The notes: generated from the letters alone by a model not told the origin. Shown: positions 25,881 to 37,886, counted from the stretch's first letter. The stretch is 64,000 bases of DNA from Candidatus Bathyarchaeota archaeon (GCA_963811105.1 CAWEPZ010000011.1:32001-96000), one strand, 5' to 3'. Made by a program: numbers and translations.

Positions 25881-26743
25881 ATCTCAAACCATTCTTAATG
25901 AGCCATTTAATGCGCAACTTTTGAGGAAGAGCAAGCAACGTGCTAATGACCAAACTATTCTCCTGCCTGCCACAAATACTAATTCCATTTTGCTATTTAA
26001 GATTTCGAGGAGCACAAAAAAAATCGTTACCTTGGTTTCTTCTAATTTTGAATTGTCCATCTGCATTTCTTTTTGCCTCCTACCTTAGTTGCGTGGATCC
26101 ATTGAATGTTCACGAATTCAAAGACAAAAGATATTTTTGAGTTGTATTGACCTATTTACTTCAGCATTTTCTTGAGGGATTCAACAAAGAGTCACGATAC
26201 TTTTTGACCCGAAAGAAGAAACTAAGTACAATTTAAGGCAACGATCTTCACTGTCTTTAACGAGATTTAGAAACCTACATAGAAAGATCCTGAAACATGC
26301 CATGATAGTTAAGGAAAAGGAAACTTTGCTTCTTAAAGTCCAAGTTGCAGGCAACCCTAAAAGATCCTTCAATTATTCGCACTTTTTCCTTAAGGATCTT
26401 TCAGGGTCCCAGGTTGCTCAACAAAATTCAGCCTGCTTTAACTCCAATGCGGCAAAACTTTCAACGATCCTTATTCAGGCTAATTATCGATTATTCTTTT
26501 TTCGAGATAGCAGGAGTACTTCTCCTGTAACAATAATCAACATGGATTTTTTTCCTCAGGCTAAGTAAAGAATTCTATAAGTTTCTCTTTCAAGGCTGGA
26601 TAATCGCAATTAACAATATTTAACAACTATTCATAAGGGCTATATCAAACGGCGCATTATTACTTATCAAGTCTTAATTGTTAAGACTTAATGTCTCGTA
26701 TTAATAACTTATGGAAAAACAAAAAAATTAAGGTGTAAACTAA

Positions 26744-28803
26744 ATGAAAAATATTAAAATAAACAAAATTAAAATCAACAAAATTAAAACGTCTGGTTTT
26801 TAACCATATTCGTATTATATTCTCTCCACTTGGCATTTGCGGCCATCGTAAAGGGAGTAGCTCGTCTATCTTCGGAAATACAGTAATAGGCACCTACATT
26901 GACCAAAACGACCCTAACGCCCAATCCATCTCATACTTCAAATCCACAACCACCGGACAAATAACCAACATCAAAGCCTACATCAGTGGAGCATCATCAG
27001 GAAAAGCCACAGCAGCACTATACGCAGTCAACGGAAACACACCAGGCACATTACTAGCACAATCCAACTCGATAAATATAGGCACAACATTCTCATGGGT
27101 TGACTTCCAACTAACCACACCATACACAGTAACCTCAGGCACAACCTACGGACTCGCAATAATGGGCAACGTCCCAGTAAACATTCAAATAGTTAGTGGA
27201 ACAGGCCAACGTACCGGCGGGCCAGGAGATAGTTCTTACGCAAATGGCTTCACCAATCCCTTTGGAACCATATGGTTCAACGACCTAACCGGCGCTATGA
27301 CCATCTACGCAACAATCACAACAACACCAACAACCCACACCAACACCCACCCCATCACCTTCTCCAAACCCAACAGAAATTAATTTCATCGTTATGAATG
27401 GCGGTTCAGGATATACAACTCCACATATCACGCTCACGGGTGGCGGCGGTATTGGCGCAACAGCAATTGCAAGAGTCTCACAAGGAAAAATAATCCAAGT
27501 CGCATTATTAAATCCAGGTTCAGGATACACCTCTGCACCAACAGTATCCATAAAAGACCCTAAGCCACAAGCTCACGGAGCCATTGTAATCGGAACCTTC
27601 AACGGAGCACCAAATCCAACCCCCACAAACACCCCAAATCCGACAATCACTCCTACACCAACACCCACTTATCTACTTTTGGAAACACAGCAATCGGCAC
27701 CTCCACAGACCAAAACGACGCCAACGCCCAATCCATCTCATATTTCACATGCACAACATCCGGGTCAGTAACCGACATCATAGCATACATCAGCGGAACA
27801 TCCACAGGAAAATCCATAGCGGCACTATACGCCGTCAACGGAAACTCAGCCAGGCACCTTACTAGAGCAATCCAACTCTGCAAACATAGACACAATTTCT
27901 CATGGGTAGACTTCCAACTGCCAACACCATACACAGTAACTTCAGGCACAACCTACGGACTCGCAATAATGGGCAACGTCCCCGTAAACTTAGTGATAGT
28001 CAGCGGAACAGGCCAACGCACAGGCGGCCCAGGATACGGCTCCTACACAAAAGGCTTCACAAACCCATTCGGAACCATATGGTTTAACGATCCAACAGGC
28101 GCCATGTCCATCTACGCAACAAGCACAAGCTCATCAACCAACACCCACACCAACGCCCGCACCACTACCGCCTCCAGCTACTACTAACTTAGCTCCTCTT
28201 CCTGATTTTTGGGACACTGGTGGGGCTATGGCATTAATAACCGATACACTGTCTATCCCGTAACTAAAGATGGAAAAGTAGCGGTAGGAAATGCACCGAA
28301 ATCCAGATACTTCTGTCTGGGCTAGTAGTGACGATAGAGAAAACGATGGCTCTGCCTTCGGTATTCATGTTGGCGACCAGATTTTCATATAGAAGTTTGG
28401 TTTTGGACGACAGCCAGCAGCGTCGGTGATACAATTAATACTCATGGCGGCTGCATAGATTTAGATGTTTATGGAACAAACGAAGCTATACGGCATATAT
28501 GGTAGACGTGTCACTGGGTACTATGGATCCCAACGGCGTTAAACCAATATTACACTGGCTGAGGCCAAGATAACCCAATGTTGTTTCCGTGGGGAACAGG
28601 CACCTGGACCAAAGTTTCGATAACTTACGTTGTTCCCGCATTGAGAGCCTTACGATGGATATAGTTACTTTCCGATGTCCAGCAGGAACCATGTTCACTC
28701 CATAATTTGCTATTCTAGTAATCTATGGAGGAGCTGGTCTTGGGCAGGTCAATTGGAAAATGGCATAATTTACTTCGCTGATCCGGTGATATACGTTAGT
28801 TAA
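26744..28803 (+). CDS. Secreted multidomain protein A: signal peptide, repeat domain, GSGYT module, PT linker, repeat domain, putative carbohydrate-binding C-domain; frameshifted
   Basis: Reconstructed across frames; ends ...WAGQLENGIIYFADPVIYVS* at 28803. Paralogous to 31916..33804. Confidence 0.7.
26871..27313 (+). repeat. ~440-bp domain repeat, copy 1 of 4
   Basis: FGNTVIGT...GAMTIYAT; aligns at nucleotide level with the other three copies. Confidence 0.9.
27678..28121 (+). repeat. ~440-bp domain repeat, copy 2 of 4
   Basis: Shares e.g. ggcacaacctacggactcgcaataatgggcaacgtccc with copy 1. Confidence 0.9.
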
Positions 28804-29001
28804 GTTCTTAACTTAACTCTCGTCGTAATTAGTCGTTGGGTTGATTTTTTTTATGCGCTATATCTTTTTTTCTTTTGAAAGAAGACCAAAACCTTTTTTG
28901 CTTCAAGTTGGCTTTTTGAGTTTTGGAGATGCCGGGAGCAGCATCAACCTAATTTTGTGGGTTTTTTGAAACCTTGATCCCTAAAGCGGTTTTATTTGTA
29001 G

Positions 29002-29876
29002 TTAATAAAAAGTTGTAGCTTGAGGCGTTGACGAGTCTCTCAGCGATGAATGCGAAAGCGCCTGCGGCTTCGTATTGAATTGTTGATCAAGTTGCGCGCG
29101 CGGGGATAGAAAGATGAACCGATTCTCCACCAAATCGACTGAGCGGCTCGAAGAGGAGCCAACATAGTCTGAATGAGTATAAACGGCATTTTTGGAAAGA
29201 ATGCCATGGAAGCTTGCGCAGTTAATACATCCCATTTTGGGGTAGATGCTCACTTGTTCAATTCTGAATTGTGCATATTGCTGACAGTTGATGAGGCCCA
29301 AATGAGTAAAATGGTAAAAACTGTCTTGTGATAAGGTTCTAGAAAGGCTACAGTACCTAACATTTGCCTTGTTTTTCAATACGCGATGAACTTCTGAAAG
29401 CGGGATCAATGGATAACGCAAATGCTCTTAATACTGCTGTTGATAGCACAAAAATCTAGGCTTTCGTCTTCAAATGGCAATGAATGTGCATACCGCCTCG
29501 TCTTTGTACTTCGGGAGAATTGATCTAGACCTATGTACTTGAACCCAGCTTTTTTCATTGAGGTCTATAAAAAGTAGCCCACAACCCAAGTCGAGCATAA
29601 AACTTTATTTTCTCTCATTAGCTATTGGAAAATAGCTTCCTAGCCCCGCGGAAAGGCGGATATATTTTCAGGTCTGATACAGAAGAGCAAGTTGGCATGA
29701 ATTCGACAGTCGAAATCAACTCTAACTGAACACGTCTTTTTTCGTCTAATTTGCGGTCGAGTTCAGCCGGTTGTTCAAAATTCGGATATTCGATATGGCA
29801 CTGCGAGCATTTAGCACACTTGGCTTGATCGAGTTAGCCTGCCCTTCCAGTTTCGGACACGCTTAGAAGTTGCCAT
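29002..29876 (-). pseudogene. Class I SAM methyltransferase (type 11-like), heavily disrupted; ends approximate
   Basis: AHSLPFEDESLDF.LSTAV..HLRYPLIPLSEVHRVLK reconstructed around 29380-29490. Many indels. Confidence 0.65.
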
Positions 29877-30008
29877 GAATCCGCTGTACCAAGCAAAAAC
29901 TCCTCTCAAAGCCTTCTTAATTAGTCAAAGCATCACTAAATACTTACAATGACAAACTTGTAAAACCAAGTATATAGTTTCTTTTCGAATTACCTTTTGA
30001 TCTACTTC

Positions 30009-31209
30009 TTATTCAACAGATATTAGGAAATTCTCCAAATCCTTCAGCAACTTTTTGCCATGTATATTTTTCTTTAACAATTTGCCGCCCGATTTTTCCC
30101 CACTCCTCAAGATTTTCCTTCTAATGTACGCATATTCTATTCCTTTCGCAATTTCAGTCGGATTAACCGAAGAGACATAAATGCCACATTTCGCTTCCCC
30201 CACAACCGATCTATGGGCTGGAATATCTGTTAAGATAATAACCTTTCCCATAGCCAAGCATTCCAGTAATTTCAGAGGACTTTGATGTCTCCAATACGGA
30301 TGATTTGGCAATGGAACTATACTCACATCACACATGCTAATAAACTTCGGGACTTCTGATTGGTCGACTGGATCATGGATAATAACGTTTTCTGAGAGAC
30401 CTTCATTTAAGAATTAACGCTTCTCAGCTGAGCAACAATGGTCCTGTTCCAAGGAGAAAAAAGACTATAGCAGGGTATTCTTCTGTATTAGTATTCTAAT
30501 GGCCTCAATAGTTTCAGCTAATCCACGAGTAGCAGTAAAAACTCCGTGATAAAAAATGACAAATTTTCCAGTTAATCCAATTTTTTCTCTCAGTTTTTTT
30601 TTTCAAAAATTAGATTTTCAGGAATTAAATGAACTATCTGAAACTCCAGAAGTCCACACTCCTATTTTGCAAGGATTTTCCGACCAAATTCGTTGCAAAT
30701 CTCCCTTCTTCATCGATGAAGTAATGATCGTTATACCATTAAACGTTTTTTTACACTAATAGAACAGAAAGCGAGAACTTAAATTGTGTGTAAACCCTGA
30801 AATCCCACTATAAGCTCAACTGGAGTAGTTCGTATATCCAGAACAAACTTAACCTTCCCTAAACTTGGAAATAAGAAGTGCTGGTAGCGCTCCAAGAATA
30901 TGAACACCAGGATCAAGAATAACAAAATCCGTCTTTGAAGTAATGATGTATACAGCAGGAAAAATGAATACAATGGCAAACATAATAGGTGAAATTAATG
31001 GCACAGATCTTATTGGAATCGAGACTATGTGAATACGTGGCTCTATGTGATACCCGTTCTTTGATCGAACCGCTACTAAAGTTCGATTGGTTCCAAGTTC
31101 TCAAAGCTCTCTTAAGATATTCAAGAGCGCCATTTTATGAAGATAGGCATCCAAAATTGTAAAGCTCACCCAAAGGGTCGACACTTTTTGTGAATTCACA
31201 ATCTTTCAC
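30009..31209 (-). CDS. GT4 glycosyltransferase, multiply frameshifted
   Basis: FVLDIRTTPVE, FYHG and CDVSIVPLP...QSPLKLLECLAMGK. Confidence 0.8.
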
Positions 31210-31915
31210 CTTTTTTATAGCCCATCCAACTACTTCGCCCACACCAAATCGCTTGACAGATTGGCCGCATCTTCGAAATGATTCTTATCTTCACGGAAAA
31301 TGGCGTAAATCAGATAAGAATTAACGTAATTTTATAAATTCAAGGTTTAGCTATTCGAATAAATCTTCCCATGTTATAGCTTCAATTAGGAAATCCCTCC
31401 ATGATAGGAGCGGATGCGAATAATGAGAGGTGTATTTCAGACCTAATGTTTGCTAAGGCTTTGTCTCTTATCCAGAACCCAGTATTTAAACCGAGCAGAA
31501 TGAAACAAACTTACAGACAGTTTCAGGAATATCATATAACCTTTTCTTTAAGAATCCAAGTTAATTCGAAGTAAAGGATCCACAAAGAAAATTTGGCAAG
31601 TTATGTTGCATGTTCAGAGCGTTTTATTAAGTAGCATATACCTAACCAAGAAAATGCAGGTTTCTCAGCGGTTCTTTGACACTCAATAGCTCACAAATTG
31701 ATAAAGACAAACTAAGTCAAATTAGCCGAAGAGTACCTGCATTAATTCCCTCACATGGAAATGCTAAACAGCAAGTTAAATTTTGCAAATCTTGCGAGGT
31801 TGGCTTTGCAAGACATGTAATAAAGCTTGGCAATCAACACAAATAGTCTTCTCAAGAAGCTATAAAATAGATTAAGCCCAAAGGGATTCTAAAATTCAGG
31901 AAGAGAAGAAAAAAA

Positions 31916-33804
31916 ATGAAAACAGACAAATTAAAGAAAACATCGCATTCGTAAACTTCAGGAAACTCAGAAAGCCAACGACTCTATGCGTCATCGCACT
32001 CTTCATGCTTAGCACACTATCAGCTTTTTCGCTAACCTCAGTCCAAGCTGCAACAACACTGCATTTGGGAATACAGAAATCGGCACCTTCAAAGATCAGA
32101 ACGACCAAACGCCCAATCCATCTCATACTTCACAGCCTCAACAACCGGACCAATAACAGACATCACAGCCTACATATCCGGAGCATCAACAGGAAAAGCC
32201 ACAGCAGCACTATACACAGTCAACGGAAACACACCAAACACCCTACTAGCACAATCTAACTCTGTAAACATAGGCACAACATACTCATGGATAGACTTCC
32301 AACTAACAACACCAACCACAGTAACTGCAGGAACAACCTACGGACTCGCAATAATGGGCAACGTCCCCGTAAACATCGCTATAGTCACAGGGACAGGCCA
32401 ACGCACTGGTGGTCCAGGAGACAAATCCTACACAAAAGGCTTCACCAACCCATTCGGAACCATATGGTTCAACGACTTAACCGGCGCCATGTCAATCTAT
32501 GCAACTGGCACAACCTCAACAACACCAACACAACACCCACACCAACCCAACACCAACACAACACCAACCCCAACACCAACACCCACACCCACCAAACACC
32601 AACTCCATCAACTGTGTCTAATTTTGGGAATTCAGCAATCGGCACCTACAAAGATCAAAACGATCAAAACGCCCAATCCATCTCATACTTCAAAGCCACA
32701 ACCACCGGACCAATAACTGACATCATAGCCTACATCTCCGGAGCAACAACAGGAAAAGCCACAGCAGCACTATACGCAGTCAACGGAAACACACCAAACA
32801 CCTTACTAGCACAATCTAACTCTGTAAAACATTGGCACAACTTACTCATGGATAGACTTCCAACTAACAACCCCAACCACTGTAACTGCAGGAACAACCT
32901 ACGGACTCGCAATAATGGGCAACGTCCCAGTAAACATCGCATAGTCACTGGAACAGGCCAACGTACCGGTGGCCCAGGAGACAAATCCTACACAAAAGGC
33001 TTCACCAATCCTTTTGGAACCACATGGTTTAACGACTTAACCGGTGCCATGTCTATCTACGCAACAAGTACAACTTCATCAACACCAACACAAACCCCAA
33101 CACCTACTCCAACCACAACACCAACACCCACACCAACAACACCTATACCCGCCCCTACCTTGCCTACTTCATCATCGACTAACTTGGCTCCGCTTCCCAG
33201 TTTTTCAGTAAGCTCTGGTTCTTATAGCGTCAATGGCAATCCAACATATATTAAATATCCAGTCACCGTAAATGGCCAGACTGCAATAGAAATGCTTCGT
33301 AATCCAGCTACTGCTGTCTGTAGCAGCAGCGACGACAGAGAGCTGAATGGACAGTGGATTGACATAAATCCAGGAGACAGAATCGTTTTCACAGCTTGGT
33401 TTATAACAACAGCCAGCAGTCAGGGAGATACAAGCAACGTTCATGGTGGATGTCTTGATATAGATATGTATGGTGGAAATAATCCGAATGGTGTGAATAG
33501 GATTTGCGGCATAATGGCTTCTGATGGTACTGATAACTACTATACAAATGGTATACCGTCTCCAACTACTTGTGTTCCTTGGGGAACTGGAACATGGACC
33601 CAGGTAACTATGGATTTTGTTGTGCCATCTACTTATGCAGCGGATGGATATAGTGGTAGTGGCGGATATGCAGCAGGTACACCAGTTGTCCCATCAGGGT
33701 TTATTCCTGTGATTTACGGAGGTTCTAATTCCTGGATAGGTGGATCTCCTGAAAACGGGATAATATATGTATCTAACACCGAAATATACGTTATTAGCCC
33801 ATAA
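31916..33804 (+). CDS. Secreted multidomain protein B: signal peptide, two repeat domains with PT linkers, putative carbohydrate-binding C-domain; frameshifted
   Basis: Signal-like LCVIALFMLSTLSAFSLTSVQA. C-domain TNLAPLP...SSDDRE...VPWGTGTWT...ENGIIY is shared with protein A. Confidence 0.75.
32064..32506 (+). repeat. ~440-bp domain repeat, copy 3 of 4
   Basis: Direct alignment to copy 4 with mostly third-position differences. Confidence 0.9.
32623..33066 (+). repeat. ~440-bp domain repeat, copy 4 of 4
   Basis: FGNSAIGTYKDQND...GAMSIYAT. Confidence 0.9.
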
Positions 33805-33821
33805 CTTCGCTTGAACCATTG

Positions 33822-33846
33822 TCCCCTTTTTTCCTCTTTTTTCTTA
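33822..33846 (+). terminator. Oligo-T archaeal terminator
   Basis: Pyrimidine and T tracts just after the stop at 33804. Confidence 0.5.
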
Positions 33847-34274
33847 GTTACTTTGTTTAGGACAAGAAATTATTAAGAGAACTTGTTAATCCAAATCAAC
33901 AAGGACTACAATTTTAGCAATAAAGTTGTTGGTCCTGCGCTTTCAAATCCACAACCATTAATTGCCGTCGTCTTCCTTTCCTCCCACTTCAAAGCCAACT
34001 TCGTCTCCACCTTCTTCTTTCATAAATACTAATGGAAGATCCATAAATCAATCTTTATTTGATCTAAACATGTCTTTAGAAATTTCTTCCTGAAGGGAAA
34101 GATAAGCAAGAAATTTATATTGAAGGTATTTTTCTCCTTTTTTCACTTCGTTTCTAAACTCAGTATTTTGAGATTTTATTATGAAATATACACAATTTGT
34201 TAAGAACAAAGGAATATGTTATTTTTTTCTAATCCTTAAAGCCACCGTCAAATGTAAATTTAATGCATTCGTGG

Positions 34275-34905
34275 TCAGGTTTCCACATATTTTACAATTT
34301 CAAAGGCTTCGGCTGCTGCGACGCCGACTTGGCTTCCTCTGAAAGTAGCAAGATTGACAGTTGATTCGTACGCTAAATATCTTTTTTCGTTTTGGGACAC
34401 ATGACATTTTAGGGCTTCCCATTTCTTGTCAACGCAACCGGTTATGTTTACGAAATATGTGGGTAAGAAAGCCGCTGGTCTTACTCTGGGTGTTTCAAAA
34501 GCGAGAACCTTTGGAACGTTCCTAAAAGCTGACATTGCTAGCCAGCCTACTCTTCTGTGATCCTGGTGAGTATCGTTAATTGAATGAGTTAGCACAATAT
34601 CGGGTTGGTATTTGAGGGCGTAATTTTCTAAGCAGTTTATGGCTTCGAATGAATCTGGTATCTCGGTGTCAGGAAAATTCTCAAAATGAATGTTCTTCAA
34701 CGCCTAAAACATTCATGGCCTCTGTGCTTTCCCTCATCCTTACATTGGTGTCGGTGATTTTTCCGCCTCTTGTCATATACAGGGCGATTACTTGCGCTCC
34801 TGCCTGCACAGCTTTATAGATTGTCCCGCCGGACCCCAATTCAATATCATCAGGATGTGCACCAACCGCCAACACAACCTTCTTTGCAAACACCAACTTA
34901 ATCAT
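34275..34905 (-). CDS. PIG-L/LmbE (BshB/MshB-like) N-acetylglucosaminyl de-N-acetylase, one frameshift near 34695
   Basis: GAHPDDIELG and DTHQDH metal-binding motifs; KWEALKCHVSQ; AEAF. Confidence 0.9.
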
Positions 34906-35040
34906 CAGCCACCCAAATTGAAGTTAAAGACTATTCAAAACTCAAGATAATAACCTTTGCTCAAAACTACGCAATATAATTAAAAAAACAAACTATCGTG
35001 TGGCTTTAGCCTCAATTCGGCAACCAGCTGGCAACTTGAT

Positions 35041-36302
35041 TTAAGGAGTGAGCCGGTATGGATTTAATGTGCTGTTGTCTGTTTTAGACAGTATTTTTCT
35101 TGAAGATCTGGCGCACATCATGAAGAATGGGGAAAGATCGTCCCATGCGAACCAAGCGCTTTCTTGAACGCCACGATATGATGTTAACCATTGCTTAAAT
35201 GTGAGGCTTTTTTCGTAATGGTACCGAAAACTCGAAACAAGATCCCTATCTTCAACAAACCATTTTCTCCCCTCAACAAGCGTCACTTGAAGGAACTGGC
35301 TGGCCAGTGAGATCCAAATATTGGGCGCGGGCAACATCTAACCCATTATCTCCCACAAAGAGCCGAAAAGTCGAGCCTATACGTGGATTAATATCGAGCA
35401 CCTTGTAGCGTCCATCCCGCATATCATACCTATATCCGATGTCAAGAATCCCTCTGTAACCAATACTTTTCATAAAATCTCTCGTCATCTCATCAACCAC
35501 CTGGTTTTTCAGACAAACACCAAGTGAAGTCACCCCAGTATGAATTGGAGATTGACGAATTTTTCTTCCAGTCATTCCAAAAAGACAATCCGATTTCTCA
35601 TCAAAATAACCATTAAACATCCAAATCGAATCATCCCCACCCGGAATGTACTCTTGTAGCATAAAATTTGGGTTCGAAGAATCTTCACATTGACTATAAA
35701 ATCTTGAGGAGTTCAGCTTTCGTTTTTGCCACGAACATTCTTTTTCCAACTCGCGGCGACCCCCCACGATAAAGCTCCTTTAAAACAACAGGAAAAACTG
35801 CATCCTTCACATATTCTTCAACATCCCCCATAGAAAGCGGAAAGCACGCCTCGGGAGTTGGAACACCATGTTTTTTGGCGAGAAAATACATCTCTTTCTT
35901 GTTGGCAAGCGCGTAAAACAAGTTGCTTAGAAGGTTTTGGAAAAATGTACCCTTCACTCAACGCGTCGGCGTTTTCTGCAAGCCAACCTGCACCACTATC
36001 TGTTGTATGAATCAGAAGGGAGCGCTTTCCAATTTTCTTGGCAACATCCAACAAGTATTGAACAGAATCTTGAGGAGGTGCGGCGTCTACATCATACAAG
36101 AATTTTTTCTGACAATATCGAGAGAACAGACCTGCAGACCTTGGATTTGGATCAACACCATGGACCGCAATTCCAAGCCGCCCAAGACTGCGCACGACGC
36201 CTAATTGACCATAATGGTAAGTATACAATACCACAACTGGAACAGAAGTGTCGCCTACAGAAAACTCTGCACTATTGAGCGCTTTTCTCGCCTCACAATC
36301 AA
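35041..36302 (-). CDS. ATP-grasp carboxylate-amine ligase (D-aspartate ligase-like family), frameshifted
   Basis: LGVVRSLGRLG, LANKKEMYFLA..HGVPTP, FPVVLK, MLQEYIPG, RKIRQSP, YKVLDINPRIG. TTG start overlaps the reconstructed comB stop (TTGA). Confidence 0.85.
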
Positions 36303-37031
36303 TTTGTCGCTTTAACTATCTCATCGTTCTTAACGGCGAGTACCAAATTCAAGTCGTTAACATGCCTGAGAATAAAATCAAGATCTCTTAGTTTGACCAG
36401 ATCTTCGCAAATACTCCGCACTTTTACCCTCTCCGCAAACCGTAACTGGCTTATCCATCCAACGATTCACAATCTCAACGGTTTTATCATCTTCCGGCGA
36501 GAATCCAGCTTTCATAAGACCAGCTGCAATCCAAGCACAACACAACTGATCCTCCTCACGAAACTCCCCCCGAGTGGGTGCACCAAGAACTACTACCCGA
36601 CTGTAAAGTCCAACGAGATGATTGACGGTTGAATCATAATTTCGAAGACACGCCACATAAACTGAATTACAATCCTTCAACGAATAAAGCAGCGGTATCC
36701 CTGATGAAGAAACCATAATTGCAGGCCGCGAGATATCTTTACGGCTTTCAATTTCCACCGGACTATTATTAATGTCGAAGCCATAAGGCATGCTGCCGCC
36801 CATTTCACCGACCATCAACGGATTATCAAGCCTCTTTGCCAGAAGAAATGCCTCTTCAACCGAAGGAGCAAAAAAACACCTTCGCCCAGATTCCACAGCT
36901 GTGGCCGCCACGGTTATTGAACGAATAACATCGATAACAACAACTGCGCATCCCTCACCGAAAGGATGAAGACTCTCAGATAGGCAATCGATAGCAACTG
37001 ATTTTCTACTCAAAACCCTGTTCTCCTTCAC
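36299..37031 (-). CDS. comB: 2-phosphosulfolactate phosphatase; frameshift near the C-terminus
   Basis: VVIDVIRS, GE..G....GFDINNSP, SSSG, ACLRN and FREEDQLCC. Alternative frame continues DLDFIL...ATN* to 36299. Confidence 0.88.
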
Positions 37032-37034
37032 ACA

Positions 37035-37886
37035 TTATTCCACAGGAAGATGTGGACGCAGATTCTCTTTACTGAAAGCATCTGAATGCAGTCCTCGCCG
37101 ATAAATTTCCACCCTCAACAACTCTTCAAGCCGAACGTTACATAGATGAACTTCACTGCCGAAGTGATCCAACAAAGCAAACTGACTCGGCTTGTTTGGC
37201 GCTTCAAACATAACAACGCCGTGCCCAAACGCATCAGCAAAACGATCCGCAAAACCCACATTAAGATTGCCCTCATCATCAAACAGACCAACACCCTTCG
37301 CGCTCTCCCGCGCCTCCACAACCAACTGAACAGCACCAGCCTCAAGCCACCTTCTACCTTGACTAATCAATGCCTCAACCACATCCTGCGTAAAAGCACC
37401 TGTATGCTTCTTACCAAGCTCAAACTGCACTTCTAAGCCACGGTCGTTTGCCATCTTTACAATCTCCTGAGCGTCCAACGAAATATCCGTGAAACCCTCC
37501 CCGCACTCAATCCGCGTAAACCCAAAATCCGCCACAAGATCAAGATACTGAGGCAATTTACCCTGCACGTAAGCAACCTCAAAAGGACCCCCACCAGTAG
37601 TCGTCGGCACTCGGTATTTCTTGGCAACTGCGATTTTCTGACGCGTAACATGCTCGTCTGCAATCATCCAGCACGCCATCGAAATCTTCAGAATCGACAT
37701 GAGATGGTGACTTTGTTCAAGATGACCCGCCAACGTTACGGCATCATACCCAGGGTCAAAAGGACTAGTAGCCGAACGAATTTCATCAACACCAATAGAC
37801 TTTAAGTAGTCATCAGTATGCAGTCGCCCTTCTCGAGTAATATTTGAAGAGGGAAAAAAATCAGCCAATTCTTTCACCCATATCAA
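37035..37886 (-). CDS. comA: Phosphosulfolactate synthase (ComA family, divergent N-terminus)
   Basis: GGGPFE, QFELGKK, LEAGA..LVVEARES, FEAPNKPSQ, HLCNV and E..RRGL.SD. Confidence 0.9.
   Translation of the reverse strand: MIWVKELADFFPSSNITREGRLHTDDYLKSIGVDEIRSATSPFDPGYDAVTLAGHLEQSHHLMSILKISMACWMIADEHVTRQKIAVAKKYRVPTTTGGGPFEVAYVQGKLPQYLDLVADFGFTRIECGEGFTDISLDAQEIVKMANDRGLEVQFELGKKHTGAFTQDVVEALISQGRRWLEAGAVQLVVEARESAKGVGLFDDEGNLNVGFADRFADAFGHGVVMFEAPNKPSQFALLDHFGSEVHLCNVRLEELLRVEIYRRGLHSDAFSKENLRPHLPVE

Noticed and set aside
26871-33066. Four ~440-bp repeats as template/variable repeats of a diversity-generating retroelement
   Set aside because: Mismatches between copies 3 and 4 include many C/T and third-position changes and are not adenine-specific. 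All copies are coding, and no reverse transcriptase is in the window.
33958-34023. 21-aa acidic ORF (MKEEGGDEVGFEVGGKEDDGN, minus strand) as a RiPP precursor for the ATP-grasp ligase
   Set aside because: Too short to support, with no Ser/Thr core or leader motif. The ligase looks D-aspartate-ligase-like rather than RimK/graspetide-like.
36299-37886. comAB as evidence of coenzyme M synthesis or methane metabolism
   Set aside because: No comC/D/E or mcr is in the window, and ComA/ComB also occur in non-methanogens. It cannot be excluded genome-wide but is not supported here.
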